Translations under genes and position numbers: made by a program
Shown: one piece after another, positions 8,598-18,359 of the stretch
Layout of the letters: each line of letters starts with the position of its first letter
How positions within the stretch are numbered: position 1 is the first letter of the stretch
Notes under the pieces: model-generated
Database searches by the model: none
Told to the model about the DNA's origin: nothing
What the model saw: only the letters and a program-made list of their open reading frames with translations
DNA from: an uncultured Candidatus Saccharibacteria bacterium
GTDB lineage: Bacteria; Patescibacteriota; Minisyncoccia; Phycocordibacterales; JACOZG01
Direction: 5' to 3'
DNA: 44,525 bases
NCBI GenBank assembly: GCA_964648765.1
Contig: CAZYLF010000001.1
Location: 434,107 to 478,631, forward strand

Positions 8598-9196
8598 TTC
8601 CAGCTACACAACGGCCTCTAGATCAAGAGATTCTCGTACTTGGCATGCAGTACGGCAAGCTACGAGGGGACACTTGCGCTCATACGGCCTATTAAAATAG
8701 TCGACGTTTGGGTGAGGCCGAATTGAAGCATGAACCATTACGCAATTTCCCCACGATCCCCCCTTTGACGGAACCTTGTTCATAGATGCCTCTCGGTCGT
8801 GAAATCAAAATTGAACGGAGCATATAAGAATCCTTGACGTCTCGCACGTGGCTTGTTAAACTCCATTAGGGCTGATCTTTTCGCGAAGATGACGTTGCAC
8901 TCTGCTTTAAAGGGCAGCCCTCACCTATTTAAGTGGTGGGAGGTTTGCATTCTCGTGAGCCGCTTCTTGTTGGAACGAGGCACCGATTTGCGATCGGCCA
9001 GTCGTTGCGCACCAAGTCAACAATACGACAAAATATCTAGCTCATCATGCTTCTTGCGGTCGGTTCGATATCGATTGCTTCCTTCGACCAAATAGATCCC
9101 TGAGGCAGAAGTCTACCGCCCAATTAGCTGGCAGAATTGAGCTTGCTCAACGTGGAGTGAGCACATACTGCCAACTAATTGGTAAGGAGAAGACAA

Positions 9197-9505
9197 ATGG
9201 CACCCTGGCTAGCCGACGCATTGCAACTAGCACGGTCGAACTATTTCCCAGTTTCATCCTGCGACGAGGCGCTAAAAACGGTCGCTCTCTTGAGTGAGCG
9301 AGATCCAAAGCACATTTGCGCGCTGTCCAAGAAGCTACAGGTGTCGACTGGCCGATACGCTTCAGACATCCGACTGCTCTATCGCGATATCCCATCACAC
9401 GCGCGTGTGCCAGTGCACTTCATGTTTAATGTAGAGCGACTCAAGGTGATCGCCACCGTGAATAACGTGATGCACGTATTAATAAAGAATGCGATAATAG
9501 GGTAG
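9197..9505 (+). CDS. Hypothetical protein (102 aa)
   Basis: Track ORF 9179..9505. ATG at 9197 is preceded by AAGGAG (9184-9189). Followed by a 10-bp hairpin terminator at 9527-9555. Confidence 0.4.
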   Translation: MAPWLADALQLARSNYFPVSSCDEALKTVALLSERDPKHICALSKKLQVSTGRYASDIRLLYRDIPSHARVPVHFMFNVERLKVIATVNNVMHVLIKNAIIG

Positions 9506-9526
9506 AAGGAAGCGGGTAATGATCTA

Positions 9527-9555
9527 GGCGCAGCACAATGTGCTGCGCCTTTCTT
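9527..9555 (+). terminator. Rho-independent terminator-like hairpin
   Basis: GGCGCAGCAC-aat-GTGCTGCGCC (10-bp perfect stem) followed by tttctt. Confidence 0.5.
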
Positions 9556-9646
9556 GTGTAATCGGACCCCTCACGTAGCACACCCTCGCTAGAGGCATTT
9601 CAAAATATTGTCGATTGCGGGCTGGCAAGGTGGCGACTTTCCTGGC

Positions 9647-9860
9647 TCCGTCGGTGAACTGAAGACCGGCGATCACGTCGGTCACGAGCACTGAACCGTT
9701 CAGCACGCTCCATCAGTTTGAACATGGTCAGGCACGCGAGGCGCGAGTCCGATCCTTTGCTCTTGCGATGCCGCAGCCGCACGGTGGCGACAGTCATTCA
9801 ATCGAAGCTGGGAAGATATGGATCCAGTGTTTGGCACGTCGCGATTCATCGTCCCTCTAT
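9647..9860 (-). pseudogene. IS256 (Mutator)-family transposase C-terminal remnant, frameshifted
   Basis: Across shifted frames: 'KHWIHIFPASIE', 'TVATVRLRHRKSKGSDSRLACLTMFKLMERAER', 'LNGSVLVTDVIAGLQFTDG'. These match the conserved C-terminus '..HW.hlRTtNpIES.fATVR.R..ktKG..s....l.MvFKL...Ae.rWr.L.G...l..Vi.Gv.F.DG'. It abuts the stop of the 774-aa gene. Confidence 0.55.
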
Positions 9861-9879
9861 TTCAAGCGGCCATCTACGC

Positions 9880-12204
9880 TCAGCTATGCGCCTGAATATC
9901 CTTCTCAATCCGATCGAGCTTGGCTTCCATGACTTTAACTACTGCAGTACTGGGAATGGACATTCCTGCCTGGTTCGCGCATGCGTATTCGATATGTGCC
10001 TTGGCAAGGGCGAAGTAGCGCTTTCTAGCCTCCTTATCAGCAATTTCACCTAGCCGCGCATATTGCCAATATGCGACACCGACAGTATCCCGCACTTCGG
10101 AACTGGAGTCATCTAGCTGTGGCTCCAAAACGGTGACTGCTGATCTAAAAGCCTCATTTGCAAAATCGGCCGAGTTCAGTCCCTCAGCGAACCAACCAAG
10201 AGCAGTGACATAGTTGTTGGTAATACGATAACGAACACTATTCGAGGTACTACCAATAGCCGGGCTATCATCATCTAACGGTGTTCTTTCAAGAAGCTGC
10301 ACAAAGGCGTGCGCTATTTGTTGCGCTTTTGCCAAGTCCGGCGTTTGCAGCTTCCAAGCAAGTGCATCTAACACTAATGTGTGACACTCTGTTAGAGGAT
10401 GATTGTGCGTATTCCGTCGCCGCAATCGCTCAGCTACTTTGATATACGTTCTCGGATCGGAGGGACGATCCCTGAGTATTCGGCGGTAGTCCACTAGGTT
10501 CGCAAGAAACTGTATTGCATCAGTATTCGCCACTCCGCTAGAGCTAGGCTCACTTTTCAATAGGACTTCCGCTACATCGAGCTTATCAAAGAGAATTAAT
10601 AGCAGCGTGCCCACGATGACCGCGTCCGCCGAAGACAGCTGGTACTCCTCCATTCCAAAAAGCGTGAGTAGTCCCATCAAACTCTTGCGCGCCGCATTTA
10701 AATGCTCAGATGTGATCTTGCTCGGATCTAGAGAACCTAGAGATCGGAGTGTACTTCGCACTTCCTCCACTTGGCCAAAGGTGGTGCGCAGCAAATACGG
10801 GAACTCCCGAATAAGGCCCGCATTACCCACCAGGAAAGACCGATCCACGACCGTCTCGATATATAATTTCAGTAACACATAAAGCGCGTTCTTAATCCCA
10901 GCCTGCACGTTTTGCTGCGCCGCCAGCAATTCAACGTCGAGCACACGGCTTTCTTCGGAACGCACGAGCTGGATGAGAGAGAGAGCATTTCGGATAACAT
11001 TGTCGGACCGGAGTTCGCTCGGTAGGAGAAGGGTTCGCTGTAGTGATAATGCGAGGTTGGCCCAACTGCCCAGCAGCTCTTCAATGGCCGACCAGTCAGA
11101 ACGGGTCGTAGGGGAAGGCGGCTTAGAGACTAAAGCCGCTGCATGCGGGGCAAACCACTTGTGATATTCGAGGCGGCGAATCAGTGCAGTTCGTGCCTGG
11201 CTATCGGCCGTAGATGTTGAGCCTGTCCAATGAGCGAGAAATAATACTATGCAAAACGGATGTCTGAGGAGTGACGTCTGCAGTTTTTGGCCCTTCACGG
11301 TTAGGGTTAATTCAAGTGCATTAGCGAAGGATGAAGCGGCGGGACGATAAAAGCGATGTGCGGATGTCAATAGGTAGACAACTTCCCGTTCACCGTGGCT
11401 TTGCAACCAGCTATTAAGCTGGGTGACTCGGAGGAGTGCCTTTGCGTCGCGTTCGCAGGTGCGATTTGTGCGCGGTGGTCTGCCTTCGTTAAGCTGCTCG
11501 CGATGTTGCGCGGTGCGGCTGACATGATCGTAAAGATTATCATAAAGTAGTTTATATTGGCGGTCGACGTTGTTGCGCCCGGTGGTATCCCACGCCGGGA
11601 GGAAGTGGTTTAGATCAGCGAAAGTGCGCCCAAAATCAATTACAAGTGGCTGTTGGTTACGTCGATAATTAAGCGCATGAGTTACACCAAGCGACACGAT
11701 AGCTGAAAACTCAGAGCGCAATAGATGGACCAGCTCTTCACGCTTAGCGGTAAACCAGCTGTCGTCTTCAGTCGTTGTAGCGTCGTATGCCGTTTTCAAC
11801 ACCGGGTACTCTGACTCTAGACGGAAAACTTCGCTGCGCAGTCGATTCAAATCAGTTTGTACGCCAGTAAGTTTCAGAAACGCCGCATGTTCCAAGAACT
11901 CCTCCATGTACTCGGGAAGCAAGATTGGCAATTCAAGGTCAGGCTTTGTTGTTAGGTCAAAGAGCAGGTACGCCATCGCAAATATACTCTCCAGCGCGGG
12001 AGCCGGCCCATTGGAATCCACCGGCCAAGGATGAAGAAAGTTATGAATTTCATTGAAGTCAATTGCAAAGCGGATTTTGTACCCCGCCTGTATTAGGTGC
12101 TGGTCGAATAGTAGGTCATTACAATGCTGTGCCGTCTTACCAAACCAATCCCGGAGGGCAAGCAATTGCCGGGGAGTGCTAGATGAATCATACGTTGGTG
12201 CCAT
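9880..12204 (-). CDS. Hypothetical 774-aa protein, third gene of an uncharacterised three-gene operon; helical/TPR-like C-terminal part
   Basis: Long uninterrupted ORF. ATG at 12204 lies 4 nt after the stop of the upstream gene. The C-terminal region '..AYWQYARLGEIADKEARKRYFALAKAHIEYA' looks TPR-like. No catalytic family recognised. Confidence 0.75.
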   Translation of the reverse strand: MAPTYDSSSTPRQLLALRDWFGKTAQHCNDLLFDQHLIQAGYKIRFAIDFNEIHNFLHPWPVDSNGPAPALESIFAMAYLLFDLTTKPDLELPILLPEYMEEFLEHAAFLKLTGVQTDLNRLRSEVFRLESEYPVLKTAYDATTTEDDSWFTAKREELVHLLRSEFSAIVSLGVTHALNYRRNQQPLVIDFGRTFADLNHFLPAWDTTGRNNVDRQYKLLYDNLYDHVSRTAQHREQLNEGRPPRTNRTCERDAKALLRVTQLNSWLQSHGEREVVYLLTSAHRFYRPAASSFANALELTLTVKGQKLQTSLLRHPFCIVLFLAHWTGSTSTADSQARTALIRRLEYHKWFAPHAAALVSKPPSPTTRSDWSAIEELLGSWANLALSLQRTLLLPSELRSDNVIRNALSLIQLVRSEESRVLDVELLAAQQNVQAGIKNALYVLLKLYIETVVDRSFLVGNAGLIREFPYLLRTTFGQVEEVRSTLRSLGSLDPSKITSEHLNAARKSLMGLLTLFGMEEYQLSSADAVIVGTLLLILFDKLDVAEVLLKSEPSSSGVANTDAIQFLANLVDYRRILRDRPSDPRTYIKVAERLRRRNTHNHPLTECHTLVLDALAWKLQTPDLAKAQQIAHAFVQLLERTPLDDDSPAIGSTSNSVRYRITNNYVTALGWFAEGLNSADFANEAFRSAVTVLEPQLDDSSSEVRDTVGVAYWQYARLGEIADKEARKRYFALAKAHIEYACANQAGMSIPSTAVVKVMEAKLDRIEKDIQAHS

Positions 12205-12208
12205 AAAT

Positions 12209-13075
12209 CTAACCCGTAGCAGCTTTACTCATTGCCCGAAGGCGCTCTGTGAGTTCTTGAGGTGACCAGGTAGAGGTGACTTTGGGATTTTGGCCTAGAG
12301 TGAAGCCGGCATCCCTTAAGAAACTGTTCCAGCTACTCGCTAGGGGAAGAGAACCTACTTCTTCACTGACTGCTCGCTCAAGGTGTCTCATGAACGACTT
12401 GAGATGACGAGTATTCCGAAGACGTTTTAGGAGTTGCCGAAAACCAGCGACAAGTTCTTCAGTTGCAGGACTACCCGAGAGCAAGACAACAGGAACGGCC
12501 TCAAGAAGTTCATGGAGTGACCATAGTGGGCCGAAAGCGCACCATACTCCAAGTGCTGAAATGGCGACTTCTAATATACGTTCGTCGTGAGCCCTTGAAT
12601 TATTTCGTAACATCGCGTGGCGGATTATCCACGGGCTTGTCCTCTCCCAATCATGCACAGTTGCGGCTACCGACCATTGCGCCTCACGCAAGAGCCTACG
12701 TTGCGAATCGACTGAATAATCAAAAGCCTCATGACATAGGAGATCATTAAAGCGCAAGAGGCCCCGATAGTCATTAATTGCCTGCGCAAAGAATAATAAT
12801 TCAGAACCAAATGCATCTGATTGGCGTTTGGGATGGTAAATGCCATATAGACTTGCGACTGCTTCTTTGATGGTGGCTTGAGTCATCTGATGGGCGATGG
12901 TTATTTCGGGACTACGGCCCTGAATGAGCTTGATCAACCGCAAATGGGCTAAGTCGCCTTGGCAAATGCATTCCGGTTCTGTACGATTGAATGTCAAAAG
13001 GCGCATGGTCCAAACCGAAAGCGCGGGCGGAGGGAGCTCTTGCAACTTATCGAGGAGACTGACTAGTTCAGTCAT
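12209..13075 (-). CDS. Hypothetical 288-aa protein, second gene of the three-gene operon
   Basis: Its start overlaps the stop of the upstream gene by 4 nt (ATGA at 13075-13072). Predicted mostly helical by eye. No family recognised. Confidence 0.7.
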   Translation of the reverse strand: MTELVSLLDKLQELPPPALSVWTMRLLTFNRTEPECICQGDLAHLRLIKLIQGRSPEITIAHQMTQATIKEAVASLYGIYHPKRQSDAFGSELLFFAQAINDYRGLLRFNDLLCHEAFDYSVDSQRRLLREAQWSVAATVHDWERTSPWIIRHAMLRNNSRAHDERILEVAISALGVWCAFGPLWSLHELLEAVPVVLLSGSPATEELVAGFRQLLKRLRNTRHLKSFMRHLERAVSEEVGSLPLASSWNSFLRDAGFTLGQNPKVTSTWSPQELTERLRAMSKAATG

Positions 13076-13986
13076 CGCATCCTCTGCTGTATTAAGCCCA
13101 ATAACAAGGGTTCAGATTCGCTTGGAGGGGCGATTCGTTCAGCCACTCCAAGTCGTTTAACACTCACAACTGCCTCCCGCAGTGACATCGAAGGATGGAC
13201 CCATTCTCGAACGCCATCGAATGCGGTAATTGGGGCCTCATGTGACAAATAAACTGTACGGCCACTTCTTGGTAATTCGACTAGGCCAGGCATGAAGTAC
13301 AAGAAGCCCTTTGAATCCCAGATCGAGGGGACGTAAAATTCCATTACACGCTCGGACAGCTCGATTTGCCAAATCCCCTCGAATGCGTCGTCAGGTACTC
13401 CAGGATGAAAAGGTCCAAAGAACGGCTGGCCAACCGCTCTCATTGTGTCCCAACCGCGGGTAACGGACGCTTCTGAAATCCCTAGCTTCTCGGTGTAGTC
13501 CGCGAGCTCTGCCGAATCTGCCACCCAAAAGTAGTTTCCGCCACTGCTGCGGAGTAGCGCCGCTGGGTCAAAATACCTCCAAGTCCAGCGATCACCGTCC
13601 CAAGAATTCTCGACCAAAAATTGGATGCTGTCGGCCATCGATTTGTTATTTGTCGGATCAACTGGCCGTCCATATTTATGTCTCCCTAGAGTCAACTCGT
13701 GCTTTACGCGAGGCAATAGGCAATGCTTAAAAAGCTGATGTGCGGTTCGAATCACGCAAAAATGAGAATTAGGAATCTCGCCAATTAAATATCCAGATGG
13801 GGAATCGAAGTGGCCTCCGATTGCTAAGAGTCCCTCACTAATTCGATCCGGGTCGGAATTGCAGTGTGTACATAGGCCATCAAAGTGTATTTTACGCCAT
13901 TCACGAGTATTGTCAAAGCGTTGATCCGCTTCGACCAAGGTCAGAAACAGACGTCCTCTGTTCGAAGCGGGCGAGTTAAAGGGCAA
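13072..13986 (-). CDS. Hypothetical 304-aa protein, first gene of the three-gene operon
   Basis: Track ORF with a ~350-bp upstream non-coding region. No family recognised. Confidence 0.7.
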   Translation of the reverse strand: MPFNSPASNRGRLFLTLVEADQRFDNTREWRKIHFDGLCTHCNSDPDRISEGLLAIGGHFDSPSGYLIGEIPNSHFCVIRTAHQLFKHCLLPRVKHELTLGRHKYGRPVDPTNNKSMADSIQFLVENSWDGDRWTWRYFDPAALLRSSGGNYFWVADSAELADYTEKLGISEASVTRGWDTMRAVGQPFFGPFHPGVPDDAFEGIWQIELSERVMEFYVPSIWDSKGFLYFMPGLVELPRSGRTVYLSHEAPITAFDGVREWVHPSMSLREAVVSVKRLGVAERIAPPSESEPLLLGLIQQRMR

Positions 13987-14691
13987 CTGTATGTTACTCC
14001 AGCAAAAGTCGCGGGCTCACCAAAATTGCGGCAACCGCTTAATCGTCTAAATGCCAAAATCATTGCGTCTATGACAAATTCCATTAATCACATCGGGGAC
14101 GAATTGGCTGGGTTTCTGCCCCATGCACCATCCAAGTTAGATTGGGCCGACGGTGTCTGGGTTGCCATTCCGCTCGTTACTCCGCCGCAGTGACGGGAAA
14201 CAAGCGCTGTCAAGATTTCCTATTAACGCTGCTCTCGATTTGGCATAGTTGTCACCGCAGTGATCGCCTAAGAGTAGCGATATTTCCGCATGTAGTGCTT
14301 ACTTGAGGACGACATCTACCAATTCCGGATTTCATAATGACGAATCGGGAGGCACCGCGCGCTTTGATACTTGATTTGAAACTCCCGGGTCCCAAGTTAA
14401 TTCGACGTCAGCGGAATCGGGATCGATTTGCCAATGCTATTGTGCAGGCCCGAACACATATGTTAAGAAACCGTGAACGGTTTAGAGAATCAAAGAACCG
14501 CTTGCGGATTATGACCAGGGTTGAATTAGAAATCAACGAAACTCGATTAGCTGTCGTTTTCAGCAAGGCAACCGCATTCTAGCTTTGTGAACTGGTTGCA
14601 CTGGCACCCGACCAAAACCACCACCTGTGAGGAGGCTGAAAATGCGGGTGGTCAGTGACGGAGGAACTGTCAGCAGACCGAAAGATTTAGA

Positions 14692-15180
14692 ATGCGGTTG
14701 CTCTGGTTATCGGGCGGGCAACGGAATTCTGCGATGCGTTTTAAACTGTCGCGGGATAAAGGTGAGCGAGAGGGCTTGGAGGCAGTGAAGGAACTCGGTG
14801 TCGATCAGGCTGACTTACTTAGCTGTCGGCGCTCATTTAGCAGGCTCTTTCGTCGCGGGGCTTACCCTCCGCTTCGCGGCACTGTGCTCAGCTTAGATCA
14901 GCGACGCCACGTTCTCTACTCCAAGGGAAGTGTCGATTTCTTTCAAACCTATCCTGGCTTGTACGTCCCTCTCCCCCTAGAGGTTGAAATTGAGACGGCA
15001 GAGCAGGCACCGGAGGCCCTATTACGGGAGATGCTCGCCTTGACCAAGATGAACTGGAACAGCACGCAGTTTGATCACGCGGAGCCGATTACGCTTGTTG
15101 CGGCGTCGCAAGTCGGCGATATTCTACGATACTTGGCGCCAGACGAATCAATCCAACCGCGTTACAGTTTCTATATGTAG
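14692..15180 (+). pseudogene. C-terminal PIWI-domain fragment of a prokaryotic Argonaute (remnant)
   Basis: 'EREGLEAVKELGVDQADLL..RLFRRGAYPPLRGTVLSLD..VLYSKG..FQTYPGLYVPLPLEV...LLREMLALTKMNWNSTQFDHAEPITLVAASQVGDIL....RYSFYM*' matches the last ~120 aa of pAgo PIWI domains, including the LTKMNWN block and an aromatic-rich C-terminus. Frames upstream (about 14200-14690) are broken by stops, with no MID or N-terminal PIWI recognisable. Confidence 0.55.
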
Positions 15181-15531
15181 TTGCCGCACGCCAACGCCAA
15201 GATTGCCGTGCGACAACTGTTGGTATCTCGCACCAGTCAGTGATCACCGGGGTCAACCAATAATCCAAAAAGATTCGAACGTCGTCCCTTGAGGCCCCCG
15301 ATAGGTTCGGCTCTGTAAACGATGGGCGGGAGCAGATCGACCTAATTCCATGGTCCCCCCCGGCACCCACTCTCAGGTTCAAGAGAACTCTTACATGTGC
15401 AGTGTGCCAATCACGAGGAGGGGGAATTGTTACCATGAGCCTATCAGCCCACTCTTACAGGGGCGCGCTTAAAGAACGCGACCAGTGGCACCCCGCAGCG
15501 GTTCGATCAGCCTCAGGCCCACAGTTGCACC

Positions 15532-16776
15532 TCATTCCGACCGAGACCGAGCAACTTCGCAGTTCACGGAGGTCAAGAGCGGATATCGGCAGAATCCTGA
15601 CTCGTTATTGGCACTGCCCGAACTACGGAACTCCCACCTGTTGTCGGCTGGGTTGAAGCGGACGTAGGAGCTCTCGTCCTCGCCGCATGCGTTGGCCTCC
15701 CACGTGCGCACGGCACCGAGGCCGAGGCCCTGACAATACGCGTTCGCTGTTGCTCTGACGTCGGCGTACTTGCCGCTGCCCCACAGTTTACGCTCCGAGC
15801 CGGACACGGTTACGACGATATTTGACGTTGTGCCAAAGCTCGTCACGGTCGCCGCTGTCCCGTTGCCAGAGAGCGTCGGTGATGGGACGTTCTCTTCGAT
15901 GAACTGCCGGATCGCGGGCGCCGAAACCCGGGTGTAGACCCCGTGAAGGTTAGGCCGTGCGCAGCCGAAGCCCCAGCTAACGATGCCGGTAAGAACTGCA
16001 TTGTTGAGACCGCGCGTGAGTGGACCGCCCGAGTCTCCCTGGCAGGAGTCCAGCCCGCCGGCATCGAGACCAGCGCAAATCATGCGGTCGGTGATCTGCC
16101 CGTTGTAGGAGTTGGCGTCGTTGCAATTGGTGGCGTCGACCAGCGGCACTTGGACCGCCTCGAGCGCGATTGGGCTTGTCCCGCCCTCTGAAGTCCTTCC
16201 CCAACCGGTGACAAGCATCTGACCGCCCACCGGACCGTCCTGATTGGCCAGTTCGGCGGCTAGCTCGGTTTGTTCAGTCGCGAGCGTCCACACCGCGACA
16301 TCGTTGTTGAACGTCGTGGCATCCCAGTCGGGGTGGATCGTGATCGCCGTAACATTGACGCGAGTGCCCGTGCCGTCGAGCCGCCTAGTCCCGATCAGGA
16401 CTTGGACCTCGCTAGCTGCCACGAAATCGCTGCAGTGCGCGGCAGTCACGACTCGGTTGGGGGCGACAAGGGCGCCGCCGCAGAATTGCGCGTCGGCGTT
16501 GTTGTCAACGCTAGTCAAAAGCAGTGCTACCTGAAACGGGTTCTGAAACTGAGTCGCTTGAGTCCCGCCGACGATCCGTGGTTGCAACAAGCCGCGGACG
16601 TTCGGCATCGTGTCGCGACCTGTCGAGCGGCTGAGAGCCTGGAGATTGCGAGCGAACACGCGCGCGGAAACGACGTCCCGCGCCCAGTTTGTCCGATTCT
16701 GCGCAATCACGGGAACGGCTGGGAGCAAGAACAAAATCGCGGCAACCACCGGTAACACCCGTCGTATGGCTAGCAT
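15532..16776 (-). CDS. Secreted trypsin-like (S1 family) serine protease with C-terminal extension
   Basis: Signal peptide 'MLAIRRVLPVVAAILFLLPAVPVIAQ'. 'IVGGTQA', 'VTAAHC' (His), 'NNDVAVW' (Asp), 'CQGDSGGPL' (Ser). Confidence 0.9.
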   Translation of the reverse strand: MLAIRRVLPVVAAILFLLPAVPVIAQNRTNWARDVVSARVFARNLQALSRSTGRDTMPNVRGLLQPRIVGGTQATQFQNPFQVALLLTSVDNNADAQFCGGALVAPNRVVTAAHCSDFVAASEVQVLIGTRRLDGTGTRVNVTAITIHPDWDATTFNNDVAVWTLATEQTELAAELANQDGPVGGQMLVTGWGRTSEGGTSPIALEAVQVPLVDATNCNDANSYNGQITDRMICAGLDAGGLDSCQGDSGGPLTRGLNNAVLTGIVSWGFGCARPNLHGVYTRVSAPAIRQFIEENVPSPTLSGNGTAATVTSFGTTSNIVVTVSGSERKLWGSGKYADVRATANAYCQGLGLGAVRTWEANACGEDESSYVRFNPADNRWEFRSSGSANNESGFCRYPLLTSVNCEVARSRSE

Positions 16777-17483
16777 TTCTTAACTCCGTACTAAGAACTG
16801 AGAGCATTCGCGACCACGTCGTGTTTTGCTACCCAGTGGAGGCGCAACAGTTTCCGCAACAGCATTCCGCGGTTGAGTCCAGTGAAATGTACGCAAGCCC
16901 CGTTTGGCCAGCACACTGCGCCGACGACCGAGCTCCCAACCGCAATAGCTAATGTCTCCCTGCAATCAAAGCAACGCATGGAGAAAAGTGGGAACACCTT
17001 CCTTTATGCCGAAGCTCGGGTGAGGTGGACAAAATTCGGAGGAACGTTTGTCAATGTCCTTGGCAGCAAAGGGGACGAGAACGAAAGCGGAACAGGATTC
17101 CGTCCCACCGAGCCTGGTAATGGCATAAGTCATTAGAGGGCATGCGTTTCTACATTACGGGATATTCCATAGGCCCGTTCGAAGATCACTATTTCGACCA
17201 TCGGCCGCCGCCTGACCTGCCTGGCGAAATAAATTGAAGACTTTGATTGGTGGACCTCGGCAGGGGAGGCGGGTCGCCTTGGACTATGTAGGCGAAGCGC
17301 ATTACACATTGGCATCTTGGGTGAACGACGGTGAATAGAGCAAAGAGTCCTAGCCACACAGAAGTACTTGGAGGAGAGGATCAACATGGCTACCCCCATG
17401 CCGCAATAATTCAATTTCGCTCAACAGAGAAAAACTTGACGGGTGCCAACCGAGAAGCTTTCGGAGAGCAAACAACAGTGACA

Positions 17484-18083
17484 ATGCAGCACCAGATCAA
17501 AGTCTTGATTTTCGGCCATGATCCTCACATCTGCCAGACGCTTGGACTCATTCTGGAGCGTCATGGATACAGCCCGCAATCGCACACGGATCCGCAGGAC
17601 GCGTTGGACGTTGCCGAGACCAAATCCCTTCAACTTGCGCTAATTGATTTAGATATGTTGACCGTGCAAGGCCTGGACATTGTAGCGAAGTTGAAGGAGT
17701 TGGATTGCCGAATGAGTTGTATCGTGATGACCAGCAATCCAAGCGTCGCCAGCGCGATTGAAGCGATGCGTCGCGGCAGCTGTGACTACCTCGCGAAGCC
17801 ATTCGAAGAGGAAACATTGATCAGGGCGATTCAACGCGCATGCAAGAACATGGGAATCTCCTATGCCGACGAGAGCGAGTTCAATCGGCTTGTCGGACTA
17901 CGCATACGCAGCCATCGTCTTGAACAAGGCTTAACATTGCGGCAGATTTCGGAGCGCACGAATTTGACCACATCCCAGATTTCCCAGGTCGAACTGGGTA
18001 AGAACGCCGCTTCCATTTGGGCGCTGGCGAGAATCAGCAATTCTCTCGGGCTGCAATTAAACGAACTGCTGGAAGGGTTGTAG
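17484..18083 (+). CDS. Response regulator: receiver domain fused to an XRE-type HTH
   Basis: Track ORF 17331..18083; likely ATG at 17484 (MQHQIKVLIFG). REC motifs '..LALIDLDM', 'VMTS', 'YLAKPF'. C-terminal 'LTLRQISERTNLTTSQISQVELGKN' is HTH_XRE-like. No adjacent histidine kinase. Confidence 0.8.
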   Translation: MQHQIKVLIFGHDPHICQTLGLILERHGYSPQSHTDPQDALDVAETKSLQLALIDLDMLTVQGLDIVAKLKELDCRMSCIVMTSNPSVASAIEAMRRGSCDYLAKPFEEETLIRAIQRACKNMGISYADESEFNRLVGLRIRSHRLEQGLTLRQISERTNLTTSQISQVELGKNAASIWALARISNSLGLQLNELLEGL

Positions 18084-18359
18084 GTAAAACCCGGGCGATC
18101 GCACGCTCATCCTGACATAGCGATTATTAGGGACTCAAGGGTTCCTGGTATAGGATAAAACCGCGGGTAGTTTACGTTCCTACCCCCGCCGTATGTGGTG
18201 CAAAAAAATAGGGAATCGGTAATCTAGTTGCGCCAGCCCAAACAGAGATCCACAAGAAAAAATGGCGAAGCTAAATTAGAGGGAGCGTTATGAAAGATGC
18301 GCAGATCGATGTTTTTGGTTGTTGATGTTCCACGCCAATCAGCCAAACTTGTAACAATA

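Noticed and set aside
14337-14582. 81-aa ORF as a possible upstream part of the Argonaute remnant
   Set aside because: The translation (Arg-rich, 'RRQRNRDRF..') shows no MID/PIWI similarity and is in a different frame.
15843-16807. Several ORFs on both strands overlapping the protease gene
   Set aside because: They fall within the well-supported S1 protease coding region. These are GC-rich shadow frames.
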